DNA of 64,000 bases, taken from NCBI GenBank assembly GCA_050273025.1, contig CP158636.1, positions 1,240,001-1,304,000 of the forward strand, given 5' to 3'. Below, piece by piece: positions 1 to 12,147 of this stretch; positions within the stretch are counted from its first letter, which is position 1; every line of letters starts with the position of its first letter. The stretch is from Cenococcum geophilum (lineage: Eukaryota). A model generated the notes under the pieces. It saw only the letters and a list, made by a program, of their open reading frames with translations. It had not been told where the DNA came from and ran no database searches. Position numbers and translations under genes: made by a program.

Positions 1-2201
1 ATCCTAAGAATCTTAAATCTTACTTATTTCGTCTTAAGAATCTTATACCTTTAAGAAACTTCGTCTTGAGCTTATTTGTATATTACTAAACTAAGCCATT
101 ACTCTACTCTATCGGTTGTTGTTTATTATAGGTCCTTAAGCTTATTTTATCCCGTTTTAGGAATCTTAAACGTCTCTTATCTTATCTTAAGAATCTTAAG
201 CCTATAGCCTTTTACCTTTATTAAGTAATGAGCTAGCACTAGCTGTTGTTCACTTACTTAATCCTTCCTATTAGATGTTTCTCCTTTTGTCTTATAAAGC
301 GATAGATGCCGTATCTAATAGTGTTATAATTTCCATTACTAATCCTTACTTTATAGCGGTTTTAATCTCTACTTTTAATATAATTATTCCGAGGTTTATA
401 CGCTCCTAGTAAGCTACCTTTATTACCTCGTTATTAGTAAATATTTCGCCTATATTAAATTTATCGTCCTTAATATCCGATTTGCGTAATAGTTCGTTAA
501 TTTCTCTAAACTCTACTAATTCTAGCTCTTATAGCTAATAGCTTGCGCCATACTTAGCGTCCTTATTAATTTAGTATGCATTATTATAATAAAACGCGAA
601 ACTCTTAATTAAATATTCCTTTATTCCTCGTAGTATACTATTGTTTTTCTATACGTATATATCGTCTACTAGTCTCGTTTCTTTACTATATAGTAATTTT
701 AACCACTTTTATAGTCTCTAATATAATAACCTTGTTTTCTGTAATTTATATAAGCCCCTTTTTTAAACTATTTTTCTTACTATGGAGTCCGCCTAAACGT
801 CTTTTACTGCTAAGATTTCTGGTTTAGCCTCTACTCCTTAGTCCTATAATTACTTAATTCTTAACCTCTAGGTTTTTATAGTTTCTTATTTTACTTTCTA
901 AATTCTTTAGTACCGCTTAGGTCTATTAGTTCTGTACTATACTATAGTTTCTAACTTTAACTTTATTATTGCGTATTCTACGCCTTATATAACTATAGAA
1001 CTCTATTCTAACCCTTCTTAGTCTATTCCCTCTAGTAGATCCTATTATTAATCTTAATCGCTTAATCTATTAGTTCCCTAAGGGTATCCGCATCTTCTAT
1101 TAGGATAATTACGTCCTAAACTTTTACTTTAAGTCCCTATTTATACTATACTATAAGCGCTTTATTATTCTATTTAACCTATATAGCTAATATTTAAAAC
1201 TACGTTATATACTTAATTACTAAGGTTTATTATACTAGGTTTTAAAGCTTTTGTTTTACTATAGTGGTTACTTTTAGATCTCTAAATATTTATATTAACT
1301 GTTTTATAAACCCGTTCTAGCTAGTAAATATATATTATACTTCCTAATTAGTAATTACTATGCTATATTCCTATATCTCCGTAAGATAGGGTTTATACCA
1401 CTTAAGTGCCCTCCATATTAGGAAGAGTCCTATATAGGCTACTTAGTCTATAGATGTTGCTAGCTTCGCTCCCTTTTATATAACCTTAAAGTGTATCTAC
1501 ATAAGGAATCCTTTAAGTTTTAACTTCTCCCCTAAGAATTACTTAATTAATAGTAGCTTAACCTTAGCTGCTCTAATCCCGTTAATTTTTTCTTTGAGTA
1601 TCCTATTGTTATCTGTTAATTAATTAACTATTTTCTATAGCTATCTAACGGTAACTAGTTAAGAGTTAGTGTCTATTATATTAGTGTTATTACCTAATCC
1701 TAAAGTAGTTACTACCATTAACGGCGGTATAGTTACTGCTTTTAGCAGTATATTATTTAACTTATTAATACCGTAACTTTAGTAGTAAATATATAACGAA
1801 GCCTTATAGTAGATACTATGGTAGGCTTATTAATAGGCTGGGTATATAAATAATAAGAAGTTAATAACGTAATAATAACTAAGAGTAGTTGCCTAATAGA
1901 TTAACTCTAATTATATTATAAGATTTACTATAAAGAAGAGAACTATCTAGGTAGGGACTATAGTCCTTTAAATACACAATACTGCGCCTAAGAAATGTAC
2001 TGAGTATATTAGTACGTTAATACGTTAGTATATTACGTTCCTACGTTCTTACGTTCCAAACTTATAACGTAACTTACTATGTAATTCGGCTACCCCTCGT
2101 CCTATAGTTTAACTAGTTCCAGCACCTCCCGTGCTTCCACCACTAGTCCGTTTATATCTCCCCTTAGTAGTGCTACTACTGCCAATATAAGGTCCGTAAC
2201 A
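1..2201 (-). mobile_element. RIP-degenerate Ty3/gypsy LTR retrotransposon E1 (5' LTR plus gag region; remainder lies left of the window)
   Basis: 1-1791 aligns by eye with the gag regions of elements E4 (~9900-11720) and E6 (~21600-23360), including a Zn-knuckle relic near 700-760. The LTR at 1792-2201 is bounded by tataac (RIP-mutated tgtaac) and gtaaca. TpA excess and CpA/TpG depletion throughout. Confidence 0.85.
1792..2201 (-). repeat. 5' LTR of E1 (410 bp)
   Basis: The first ~190 bp match the E4/E6 LTRs; the rest is different; it ends ...ccgtaaca. Confidence 0.8.
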
Positions 2202-2940
2202 ACGTTAGGCATCTTTTATAGTTTAACTAAAGAGGTAAAGCATCTTAGCTTCTTTAGAGGGGAAGTAGTTATAGTTAACTCGGAGTTTTCCTTGTACTTA
2301 AATCCTCTAATTTTTAAAGGTAGGGTCTATCCCATTAAATAGGGGTTAGGGGTTAAGGAGCTTAACGGACTTTAATTACTTCGTTATTATATCCGTACTC
2401 CCTAGTATATTATATTTAGTAGAGTAAATAGGTCAGTTAGGGCTGTAAGGCTTTCTAGGATCTCTTATAGGGTCTTTTACGTATTTTTTTACTTTAAGAT
2501 AATTGGCCTTTTAGCTAGCCGTAAGGGCGTAAATCTGCTCGCGTACGTCTATAACGTTATTATTATCTTTAATTTCTAATCCTAATTAGATCTTAGGTTC
2601 CTCTTAGGTAGAGGCAGCTCTTTTAAATAAGCTTACTTTAAACGTTAACGCGTTATTATAGACGAAGTTTCTTTTAAGGTGGGATATTATTAAGGCCTTC
2701 TTAGGTAGTATAGGGAGAGCTTAGTATAATGTTATGGCTTATATAAATGCCTCTAAACTAAAGCTTGTAGAATACTATATTATAAAGATACTAAGCTAAA
2801 GAGAAGGAAAAGGGGTTGCTAGGACCAAAGTAAACAAATATATAGGGGGCAGCCGCTAAGGCGCTAGTAATAGGCGAGCTAATTATAGGTCGGTAGAATA
2901 TAGCAGAATTTAGCAGGTAGCGTGCCACAGCGCCGTTATA
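2202..2940 (-). mobile_element. 5' part of gypsy element E2 (LTR ~2730-2940 plus adjacent internal region), interrupted by E1
   Basis: The 211-bp segment tgttatggc...cgccgttata (RIP of ...gtcaca) shares agccgc(c/t)aaggcgctagta with the E5 LTRs in the same orientation, and it interrupts the RT/RNase H linker of E3. Confidence 0.6.
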
Positions 2941-4139
2941 GGTTAAAGTGTTAGAGTATAGGCGCAGTAGTAAATATAACCTTTAGATAAGTAAAGGCCT
3001 TTTTATATTCTTTATTAAAGATAAAGGCTTTACCCTCCTAGGTTAAAGCTATAAGGGGTAAAACTAGGGCAGAGAAGTTATTAATAAACTATTAGTAAAA
3101 ATTAGCAAATCCTATAAAGGCTCTTATATCCTTAACGTTCTTAGGTTTTTACTAGTTTATAATTACTTTAACTTTCTTTATGTCTATTTATATACTATTT
3201 ATAAAAATAAAAAGCCTAAGGTATAGAACTTCTATTTTATAGAATTTATATTTATCTATACCTAATTATAGACTAGCTCCTTATAGGGCTTATAAAATAA
3301 AATAAACATATTTCTAGTATTTGGTTAGGTTATTACTATATATTAGAATATTATTAATATAAGCAGTATAGAAGATATCTAGGTAAGAATGTAGGGTATT
3401 ATTTATATAATGTTAAGATAAGCTCGGAGCGTTTATAAGGCCAAAGGGTGTTACTAAATACTTAAATAATCTATATTAGGTACAAAATGCAGTAAGCTAT
3501 TTATCTCCTTTTATAATACGGAGGCGGTTAAATATAGAGATAATATTAAGCTTTATATAGAAGCGAGCCTTACTTAATTAGTTTAGCGTCTATTATATTA
3601 ACGGGATTGGATATTAGTTCTTAATAGTAATGGTATTAAGAGCTTAGTAGTCTATATAGAAGCATAGTCTACTACCCAGTTTCTTAATAAAGATTACTAG
3701 TATAGCTATAGGTAAAGAGTTTACTTTAATAAATCCTTTACTTAGGTTTTTATCTAGGTACTTCTATAGCACTTAGAGTTTATTTTAAGATATTCTATAT
3801 AGGGGTCTAAATCCGGGCTGCTTTCCTTCTTTAAGTATAATCTTATAATTATATAGTTAGTATTCTGGTAGCTTATTAGCTTCCTTTTATAAAAATACCT
3901 TTAGGCGGTTATAGTACTTTACTTATACCTTTATAGTAGGGTTAGTATACTTCTTTAGTACTAAGGCCTTTTTAATATTAACTATAGTAATAGCAAAGAT
4001 TGTATATTCGGGTCTTTTGGTAAATTACGCTAGCGGGGTAGCTTTAATTATATAAATATTTAGGGCGTTAAGCGGGCTCTAGTTATCTATAGTTTCTTAT
4101 ATAGTTCCTTACTTAATTTTAGGTTTGGTATTAGGCATG

Positions 4140-4560
4140 TATAACAGAGCCTTGTAGTAGAAACTACGGTAGACTTGTTAATGGGCTAGGTATATAGGTA
4201 TTACAAGTAAGTCAACAACGTAATAACAACTAGTGGAGTGGTTGCCTAATAGATTAACTCTAATTGTATTCTGAGAATTACTACGAGGAAGGAACTATCT
4301 AGGTAAGGACTAAGGGTCCTTAAATATATAACCGTACTCCTATAAAAGTCGTTGCTCTATCTACTCTATCTGCTCTATTTGCTCTATTATAGATTATATA
4401 AATTATACAGATTGTATAGATTATATCACGTGACTCTGCTTACTATTCCTTGTTATATGGTTCTACGGGTTCCATCCTAGACCGTGCTTATATTAACTAA
4501 CTAGCTTCTTCTAACTCTTCTCTAAGTAGTTATAATATTGTACTTAAAGCGTTTATAATA
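4140..4560 (-). repeat. 3' LTR of E4
   Basis: Direct repeat of 11727-12147; the differences seen are C/T and G/A transitions. Confidence 0.95.
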
Positions 4561-4668
4561 CTATCTCCCTCCTTTTTATCTTCGTCCTTAAAGATTCCTA
4601 GCATCTCTAAGTCGTTTACTAGAGGTGTGATATCCGTCTAATTAATCTGGTTAATATCGTTACTTATA

Positions 4669-5290
4669 ATACCTAAAGTCTCTTCTTCTTCTTCTACTCT
4701 TTATTGTACGCGTATAGTCTCTTCCATACTATCGCTTAGTAAAGTAATGCTATCTCCATATTCTTATTATGTAAAAGAGGGGTTAGTTTATATTGCGTTA
4801 GTAAGCCCTTTATTTTAATAACTTTCTTTTTATACAGAGTATACTAGAGCAAACGTTTGGTCGTCTTATAATGTCCGCTTAATTTCTAACACTAAGTATG
4901 CGCGTTTTATAACTCTTAATAGTCTTTAAGTTCCCTAAGTAATTCGTTATAGGGTCTTGTGTTTAATCTACTACTATAAAGCTCGATAGTAAGCTATCCT
5001 TGGCGCTACTTGCGGTCTAACGTGCCTTAGAAGAATCCGCATATATCTTTAAAGCTTAGCGTCTAGCTTACGCTCGTCTTTAGCGCTTAGAACGTGTTTA
5101 TAAGAAGGTTTATTTAAAGGAGTGGAAACTTATTTAGTAAGGTCTATAGGAACTTAGTAATAAAAGAACGGATTTTCTTCTAATAGAGAAGGAAACAACT
5201 CTAAGTAGTTCGGCAGTCGCTCTTCCTGGGTCCCCTTTAGGTAACTCGTTCTTTGGCAATTCTTCTTTATTAATATTGCCTAACCTTTTC
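4669..5290 (+). pseudogene. RIP-mutated antisense gene in E4: Zn(II)2Cys6-like cluster followed by coiled-coil
   Basis: The frame from ata (RIP of atg) at 4669 has TAT codons at 4759, 4768, 4789, 4831, 4840 and 4867, spaced x2-x6-x13-x2-x8 (TGT>TAT is the RIP change). Downstream is a helical segment reading ~'SKLSLALLAV.RALEESA..F.A.RLA.ARL.RLERV'. The 3' end is approximate. Confidence 0.65.
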
Positions 5291-8200
5291 TCTTTTAATA
5301 CTCCTGTACCTTTCCTATAGCGTTTTTTAGGTTCTCTAGTAGTTTCTAGGTAGTCTTATCGTAGCCTATCTACTTTACTTTATACCATATTTCATCGTCT
5401 ATATTCTCGTAATTAACGATCTTTAAAACTTGCTATTTATCTTTCTCTTACCCTTTATACGTGTCTGCTTTATAGACTGGTGGCTTAATATTCCTATATA
5501 CTGGCTCTAGCATTATAATGTGCTATATAGGGTAGATCTTTATTCTGGCTGGTAGGTTTAGCTTAAATATAACTAATAAAATTTTCTATATAATTTTAAA
5601 AGGTCCTAGTCTAACATAGTCCAACTTCTTACTTAGTCGTCGACTCTTAAAATTTTTGTATAGTAGCCACACTTTATCTCCCTCCTTAAGATCTAGTCCC
5701 TCAGATCTCTTAGCATTGTAGTACTTTTTTATTCTTTGCTATACCACCTTAGCTATTTCCGTAAGGTCTATATAAAGATTTATTAAACTCTTTATTCTTT
5801 GCTTTACTATACTATTTATCTTTTTTGCTTAACATAGTAATAATAAGGTCCTTAGCTTATATCCGTAATTCGCCTTAAATAGTAACGTGCTTATTCCTTC
5901 TTATGGTATTGCATTATATATAAACTGTATAACTGGTAATAATAATACCCAATTATTTTGTGTATAATTAATATAATGCCTTAGATACTATTCTAGTATC
6001 TAATTTAGTCTTTCTATTTAACTGTCTGTCTGTAGATAATATACAGTAGAAGTTACTACTTAAACTCCTTACTTTGCTAAGAACACTTCCTAGAATACTA
6101 CTACGAATCTTAAATCTCTATCCGATATAATTTTGCTTAGTACTCTATGTCTTATAAATACTTCTTTAATATAAATTTTAGCGACATCTTCCGCTAATAT
6201 TTCCTCTGTATATGCTATAAAGTATCCCTACTTTATAAGCTTATTTACTATTACTAAGATCGCGTTATAGTCTTATCCGGTAATAGGATCTCTTAACTTT
6301 AGTAACTTAATAATAAAGTCCTATAATATGACCTCCTATAGTCTTTCTGGTATTTTAATAGGTTATAGCCCTCTATATGGCTTATGCCTTATTAGTTTAT
6401 TTCTTTAGTAATTTAGATATTTTTTTATAACTTGCCTAGCTAGTCCCTAGATTCTATTAATAATATACTCCTCTTAAAGTTTTAACACTAAGCCTATAGC
6501 TCTATTATGTTTTTAAGTTAGTCCTTTATAAAATAACTTAATAAACTCCTTTATAATAGATTTTAGTATATATATTACTTCTTAATTTTCGTACTACTCT
6601 AAGTCTAGATTCTCCGTTTATGCGTCTAGGATCTTTTATATCCAATTACTCTCTAGTAATTTGTGGATCTTTTCTTCTTGCGTTACTGCAATTTTTGGAT
6701 AATTATACCTAATTAGTCTGTCTGTATCCTTTCGTAATAAAGCCCCTAATAGCTTTTTATTATTTTATAATTTAGTCTTTCTACTTAGAGTATCTACTTG
6801 TGTATTTTCTGTACCCTTAGTATACTAAATCTTAAAATGGTATTCTATAAGCATCTCTACCTATCTAACCTATCTATAATTAAGTTCTTTTATTATTAAG
6901 AACCCTGTTAAGTTCTTATAATCCGTCTTAACTATAAATGGTTTTTCTATACCTTATAAGAATGATCTCTATTTTTTTAATACTATAACTATACCTAATA
7001 ACTCCTTGTTATAGATGTTATAGTTTAGTTCCGATGGTATTATCTTCCGACTATAGTATGCTATTGGGTGCTATCTATCCTAATATTTTTATAGGAAGTA
7101 CGCTTTTAGTGCATAGTTTAATATATCTGTTTCAACTACTGTCTCTAATTATAGCTAATAGATTTTAAGAATTGGCTCTTAGGTGAACAACTATTTAATC
7201 TTTTTAAACAGTTCCTTTTATTCCTTTCCCTATGCCTATAGTTCTTCTTTCTTTATTAATCTTATAAGTGGCTTAATATCCTTTAACTATTGAGCTATAA
7301 ACCTTCTACAGTAATTGCAGAATCCTAAAAATAACCTTAACTATATTACATTTTCTGGTTCTTGCTAATTTACTATAGCCTCAATCTTCTTTAAATCTAT
7401 ACTAAGTTAGCCTAGTTTAATAATAAATTTAACAAAATTGGTTTTCCTAGTAAAGAACTTATATTTCTTAATTGCTACTAGCATCTATTCTTCCTATAGT
7501 CTCTTTAAGACCTATTTAATATATTCTCCATATTCTTCCTTACTTATTAAGTAGATAATAATATTATTAAGATATACTATAATAAATTCATCTAAGTGTT
7601 CTTTTAATATATTATTAATACGCTTTTAAAACGTTGCTAGTGCGTTTATAAGCCCGAATTGTATAACTAGTAGTTTATATAGTCCTTCCTTTAACCTAAA
7701 GGCTGCCTTCTATTTGTCGCCTTCCTTAATTCTAATCTAATGGTACGCCTATCTTAGATCTATCTTCGTAAAGATTTGCGCATTACTAATTCTATCTTAG
7801 ATTTCGCTAATTAAGGGTAAAGGATACCTATCCTTTCTGGTAATGCTATTTAACTATCTATAGTTAATATATAGCCTAAGTTTTCTATTCTTCTTTAGTA
7901 CGAACAGTACTGGATATCCTGCTAATAACTATAATAGTCTAATATATCCCTTTTAAAGATTTTCCTAAATAAACTCCTTAAGTGCCTATAACTCTTTTTT
8001 TGTTAACTTATAGGTTGGATAGAACCTTAGACTTATTCCTAGTTCTAACTCTATCTTATAGTCCTATACTATATACTTTAACAGCTTTTTACTTTCTAGT
8101 AACTATAGCTTTTTGCTATACTTGTGGTATCTCTTTAGTATATAACTTAATCCTTAATTAGTCTCCTCGTATATCGCTCCGACTTAATACTATACTAATT

Positions 8201-11200
8201 TAGTTTGTTATCGCATCTTACGTTATCGTATATCTTTAATATTAACCTAGCCTATAACCTAATTAATCTTTAGATTGTATTTCTATAACTAAGGCATTCC
8301 TAGTATCGCCTTATTATTCCCTAATAGTAATATATCAAAAGACATCTTGATTTATCTCCCTTTAATAGTTAAGTAAATAGGTCCTGTTTTAAGATTAATA
8401 ATGCCTTCTCTATAGGCTATTAGATCTTCTAAAATTATTACTAGTAGATATAGGTGCTCCTTTTTTCTATATGGTAGTTCTATTCTTTTAACTACTACTA
8501 GTAATATATAGTTCCTTATTGCCCTACTATCTACTAATGCTTTAAACTGCTAATCTTGCCATTTAATTTCTAGATTTAGGTATTATCTTTAAATTCCTTT
8601 AAGGGTCTAAGGCTCTACTACTGGCTCCCTCTAGTCCTATAGGCCTCTACTTTTCCCAACTAATAGCTACTAGATCCTGTTTATACTTAGTCTAACTTAA
8701 GCTAATACTTAGTTTATTTTTTTTCTTTAATATACTATAGACAGGTGTTCTCTAAATATTCCTACTATTATTGTCTATCTAGGCATTCTTCCGTAAGGAA
8801 TCTTCCTAGTTAAAGTATTAAGTCCCCTTATTCTTAAACTTCTATAGGGTGCCAATTATATATATACTTGGCGTTTCTATACTTTACTTTATCCGGTACC
8901 TAATATATCCTTACTAGGTACTTCTAATTCTTATCTTTTAGTACTCTATATATATTATATATATTATCTATATATACGATCTATGCTAATATATAATACG
9001 CCTAGTGTTTTAGGTTAACTCTCGGCTCGTCTTTATCCTTAAGTTTAAACCTCTCTCGTGTTAATCTAAGTATTGCGACTTCGTTCGCAGGTACTAAGAT
9101 TTATCTCTCGCTTCTTTAGTCCTCTAATTGCTCCTTTAGATCTTTTAATATTATAATTAAGGCTCCCTTAATATAATTTATTACTTTTTCCGTAATTAGG
9201 TGGTCTTAAATAACTTTTTTATCTAACTATATATAGAAATCTTCCCACTTATTATTGTGTCGTTGTCTATACCACTTTTGGTATAGCTGCTAGAGTATAT
9301 ACGGCTTGTCCGTAAGGAAGTATCTTCTTATTACTATATTATAATAGCCCTTTATATATTATTCTTCGAACCTAATTAAAATCCCTAAATCCTCTTTATT
9401 TTTTAGTTTGGTAAGCTACTTAGCTCTTAATATACCTATTTTTAGCCTATTAGTAACTCTTTATATAGGTACTCTGTCCCTTATACGTCCCAATATACTA
9501 GATCTTATATCTAGTTTCTTCTCTTACTATGCGATAATTCTTGCTCTAACTTCTTTTATGGTTTCTTTTAGTTTGCGTCTTATAACTAGATCCTTAAAGT
9601 TTTCCTACTTCTTAATCGCTGTATTGATTTTTCAATCTTTAGGTTAAACATAATATTCGCCTAATAAGTCCTCTAGGTTTATATATCTGTCTCCTAATTT
9701 AACTACTATTTATATTACAAATTCTCTAATCTATAAAGAAGCTCCTTGCCTCTTATTTATAGGTGTCCTAATTTATTCTCCAAATTCTTAATCCCTTAGA
9801 TTCTTTAATCCTAAGCTTACTTCTAACTTAAGCTTAGCTCCAGCCTTAGTCTAACTAGGCTTTACTAGTGTTCTTATCTCGTCTTAAAAGTCCTAAATCT
9901 CACTCATCTTATCTTAAGAATTTTGTGCCGTTAGGAACACTTGTCCCGAGCTTATTTATATATTTTTAAACTGAGCTACTACCCTACTCTATTGGTTTTT
10001 GTCTATTGTGGGTCCTTAAGTATACCTTATCTCTTCTTAAGAATCTTAGTTATCTTTTATCTCGTCTTAAGAATCTTAAGCCTTTAGCCTTTTACCTTTA
10101 TTAAGTGGTAAGCTAGCACTAGCAGTTATCTACTTACTTAATCGTCTCTAGATATTACTCCTTCCGTCTTATAAAGTAATGGATGCCGTATCTAATGGTG
10201 TTATAATACCCGTTACTAAACCTTGCTTTATAGCGGTTTTAGTCTCTACTTTTATTGCGTTATTAAGGTTTAGATACCCCTAGTTAGTTCCTTTTCTATT
10301 TTTATCGCTATTAATTAATAAGTACTCTAACTCCATTATTATTATTACTAATTGTTATCTATATATTGCTGTAACATCTTAATCTAGCTTATAGAGTCGA
10401 TCTTATTCTTTATCTAACTCTTTAGTTCCTTTAAGTCCTCTTAACTCTAGCTCCTATAGCTAATAGCTTGCGCTGTACTTAGCGTCTTTATAAATTTAGT
10501 ATACGTTATTATAATAAAACGCAAAACTTCTAATTAAACATTCTTTTGTTCCTTATAGTGCACTATTATCCCTCTATATATGTATGTTATATACTATTAG
10601 TTTAGTTCCCTTTACTATATAATAACTCTAACCACTTCTATAGTCTCTAGCGAAATAACCCTATTTTCCGCAATTTATATAAGCTCTATCTTTAAACCAT
10701 TGCTTTTATTATAGAGTCTGCTTAAATGTCTTCTGCTACTAAGATCCTTAGTTTAGCCTATACTCCCTAGTCCTATAATTACTCGATCCTTAACCTTTAG
10801 GTTTCTATAGTTTCTTACTTTATCTTTTATAGGCTTTTTTAGTATCACTTAGGTCTATTAGCTCTGCGCTATACTATAGTTTTTAACTTAGCTTTAGTTG
10901 TTACGTGCTTTATGTCTTATATAACTATAGAACTCTATCCTAGCCTCTCTTAGCCTATTCCCTTTAGAAGATCCTATTATTAATCTTAATTGCTTAATCT
11001 ATTAATTCCCTTAGGGTATCCGTATCTTCTATCAGAATAATTACGTCCTAGACTTTAGCCTTAAGTCCCTATTTATACTATACTATAAGTGCCTTATTAT
11101 TTCACTTAACTTATATTACTAATATTTAAAACTATATTATATACTTAATCGCTAAGGTTCGCTGTATAATGTCTTAGAGTTTTTTTTCCGCTATAGTTGT

Positions 11201-11726
11201 TGCCTCTAGGTCTTCAAATATTTGTATAAGTTATTCCGTAAATTCTTCTTAGCTTAAGAATATAAACCATACTTCTTAGTTTATAGTTGTTATTCCGCTT
11301 ACCTATATCTCTATAAGGTAAGGCTTAAACTATTTAAATGCCCTTTCTATTAAGAACAGTCCTGCGTACACTATTCGATCCATAGGTATTGCTAGCTTTG
11401 CTCCTTCCTATACTACCTTAAAGTACATTTATATAAGGAATCCTTTAAGCTTCGATCTTTCTCCTAAGAATCTTTCGATTAATGGTAACTTAACCTTTAC
11501 TACGCCTATCCCGTTAATCCTATTTTTAAGTGTTATATTATTTTCTATTAACTAGTTAACTATTTCTTATAATTGTCTTACTATTATAGGTTGTTACAAG
11601 TTAGTGTCTGCTATACTAGTGTTACCCCCTAACCTTAAAGTAGTTGCCGCCGTCAATAGCGTTATAGTGGCTACTTTTAGTGGTATATTATTTGACTTAT
11701 TAAAACTATAACTATAGTAGTAATTA

Positions 11727-12147
11727 TGTAACGGAGCCTTATAGTAGAAACTACGGTGGACTTATTAATGGGCTAGGTATATAGGTATTGCAAGTAAATT
11801 AATAACGTAATAATAACTGGTGGAGTGGTTGCCTAATAGATTAACTCTAATTATATTCTAAGAATTACTACAAGGAAGGAACTATCTAGGTAGGGACTAA
11901 GGGTCCTTAAATACATAACCGTACTCCTATGAAAGTCGTTGCTCTATCTACTCTGTCTACTCTGTTTGCTCTATTATAGATTATACAGATTATATAGATT
12001 ACATAGATTATATCACGTGACTCTGCTTACCATTCCTCGTTATATGGTTCCACGGGTTCCATCCTAGACCGTGCTTATATTAACTAACTAGCTTCTTCCG
12101 ACTCTTCTCTAAGTAGTCGTAACATCGTACTTAAAGCGTTCGTAACA
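11727..12147 (-). repeat. 5' LTR of E4
   Basis: tgtaacgg...cgtaaca termini; 421 bp; followed by the TSD. Confidence 0.95.

Larger units (their letters stand above)
4140..12147 (-). mobile_element. Full-length RIP-inactivated Ty3/gypsy chromovirus E4 (8008 bp)
   Basis: 421-bp LTRs at 4140-4560 and 11727-12147; TSD gcatg (4135-4139)/gcacg (12148-12152); polypurine tract just inside the left LTR. Minus-strand domain order: gag with CCHC knuckle (~10640-10690), protease DSG (~8520-8540), RT Y(L)DD read as YLNNI (~7560-7580), RNase H, integrase with GPF (~5600), chromodomain 'WYKVKW.GYD.TTWE..ENL' (~5310-5440). Confidence 0.95.

Noticed and set aside
9408..9647. 79-aa hydrophobic ORF
   Set aside because: Antisense chance ORF in RIP-mutated gag of E4; the Leu/Ile/Tyr bias reflects AT richness.
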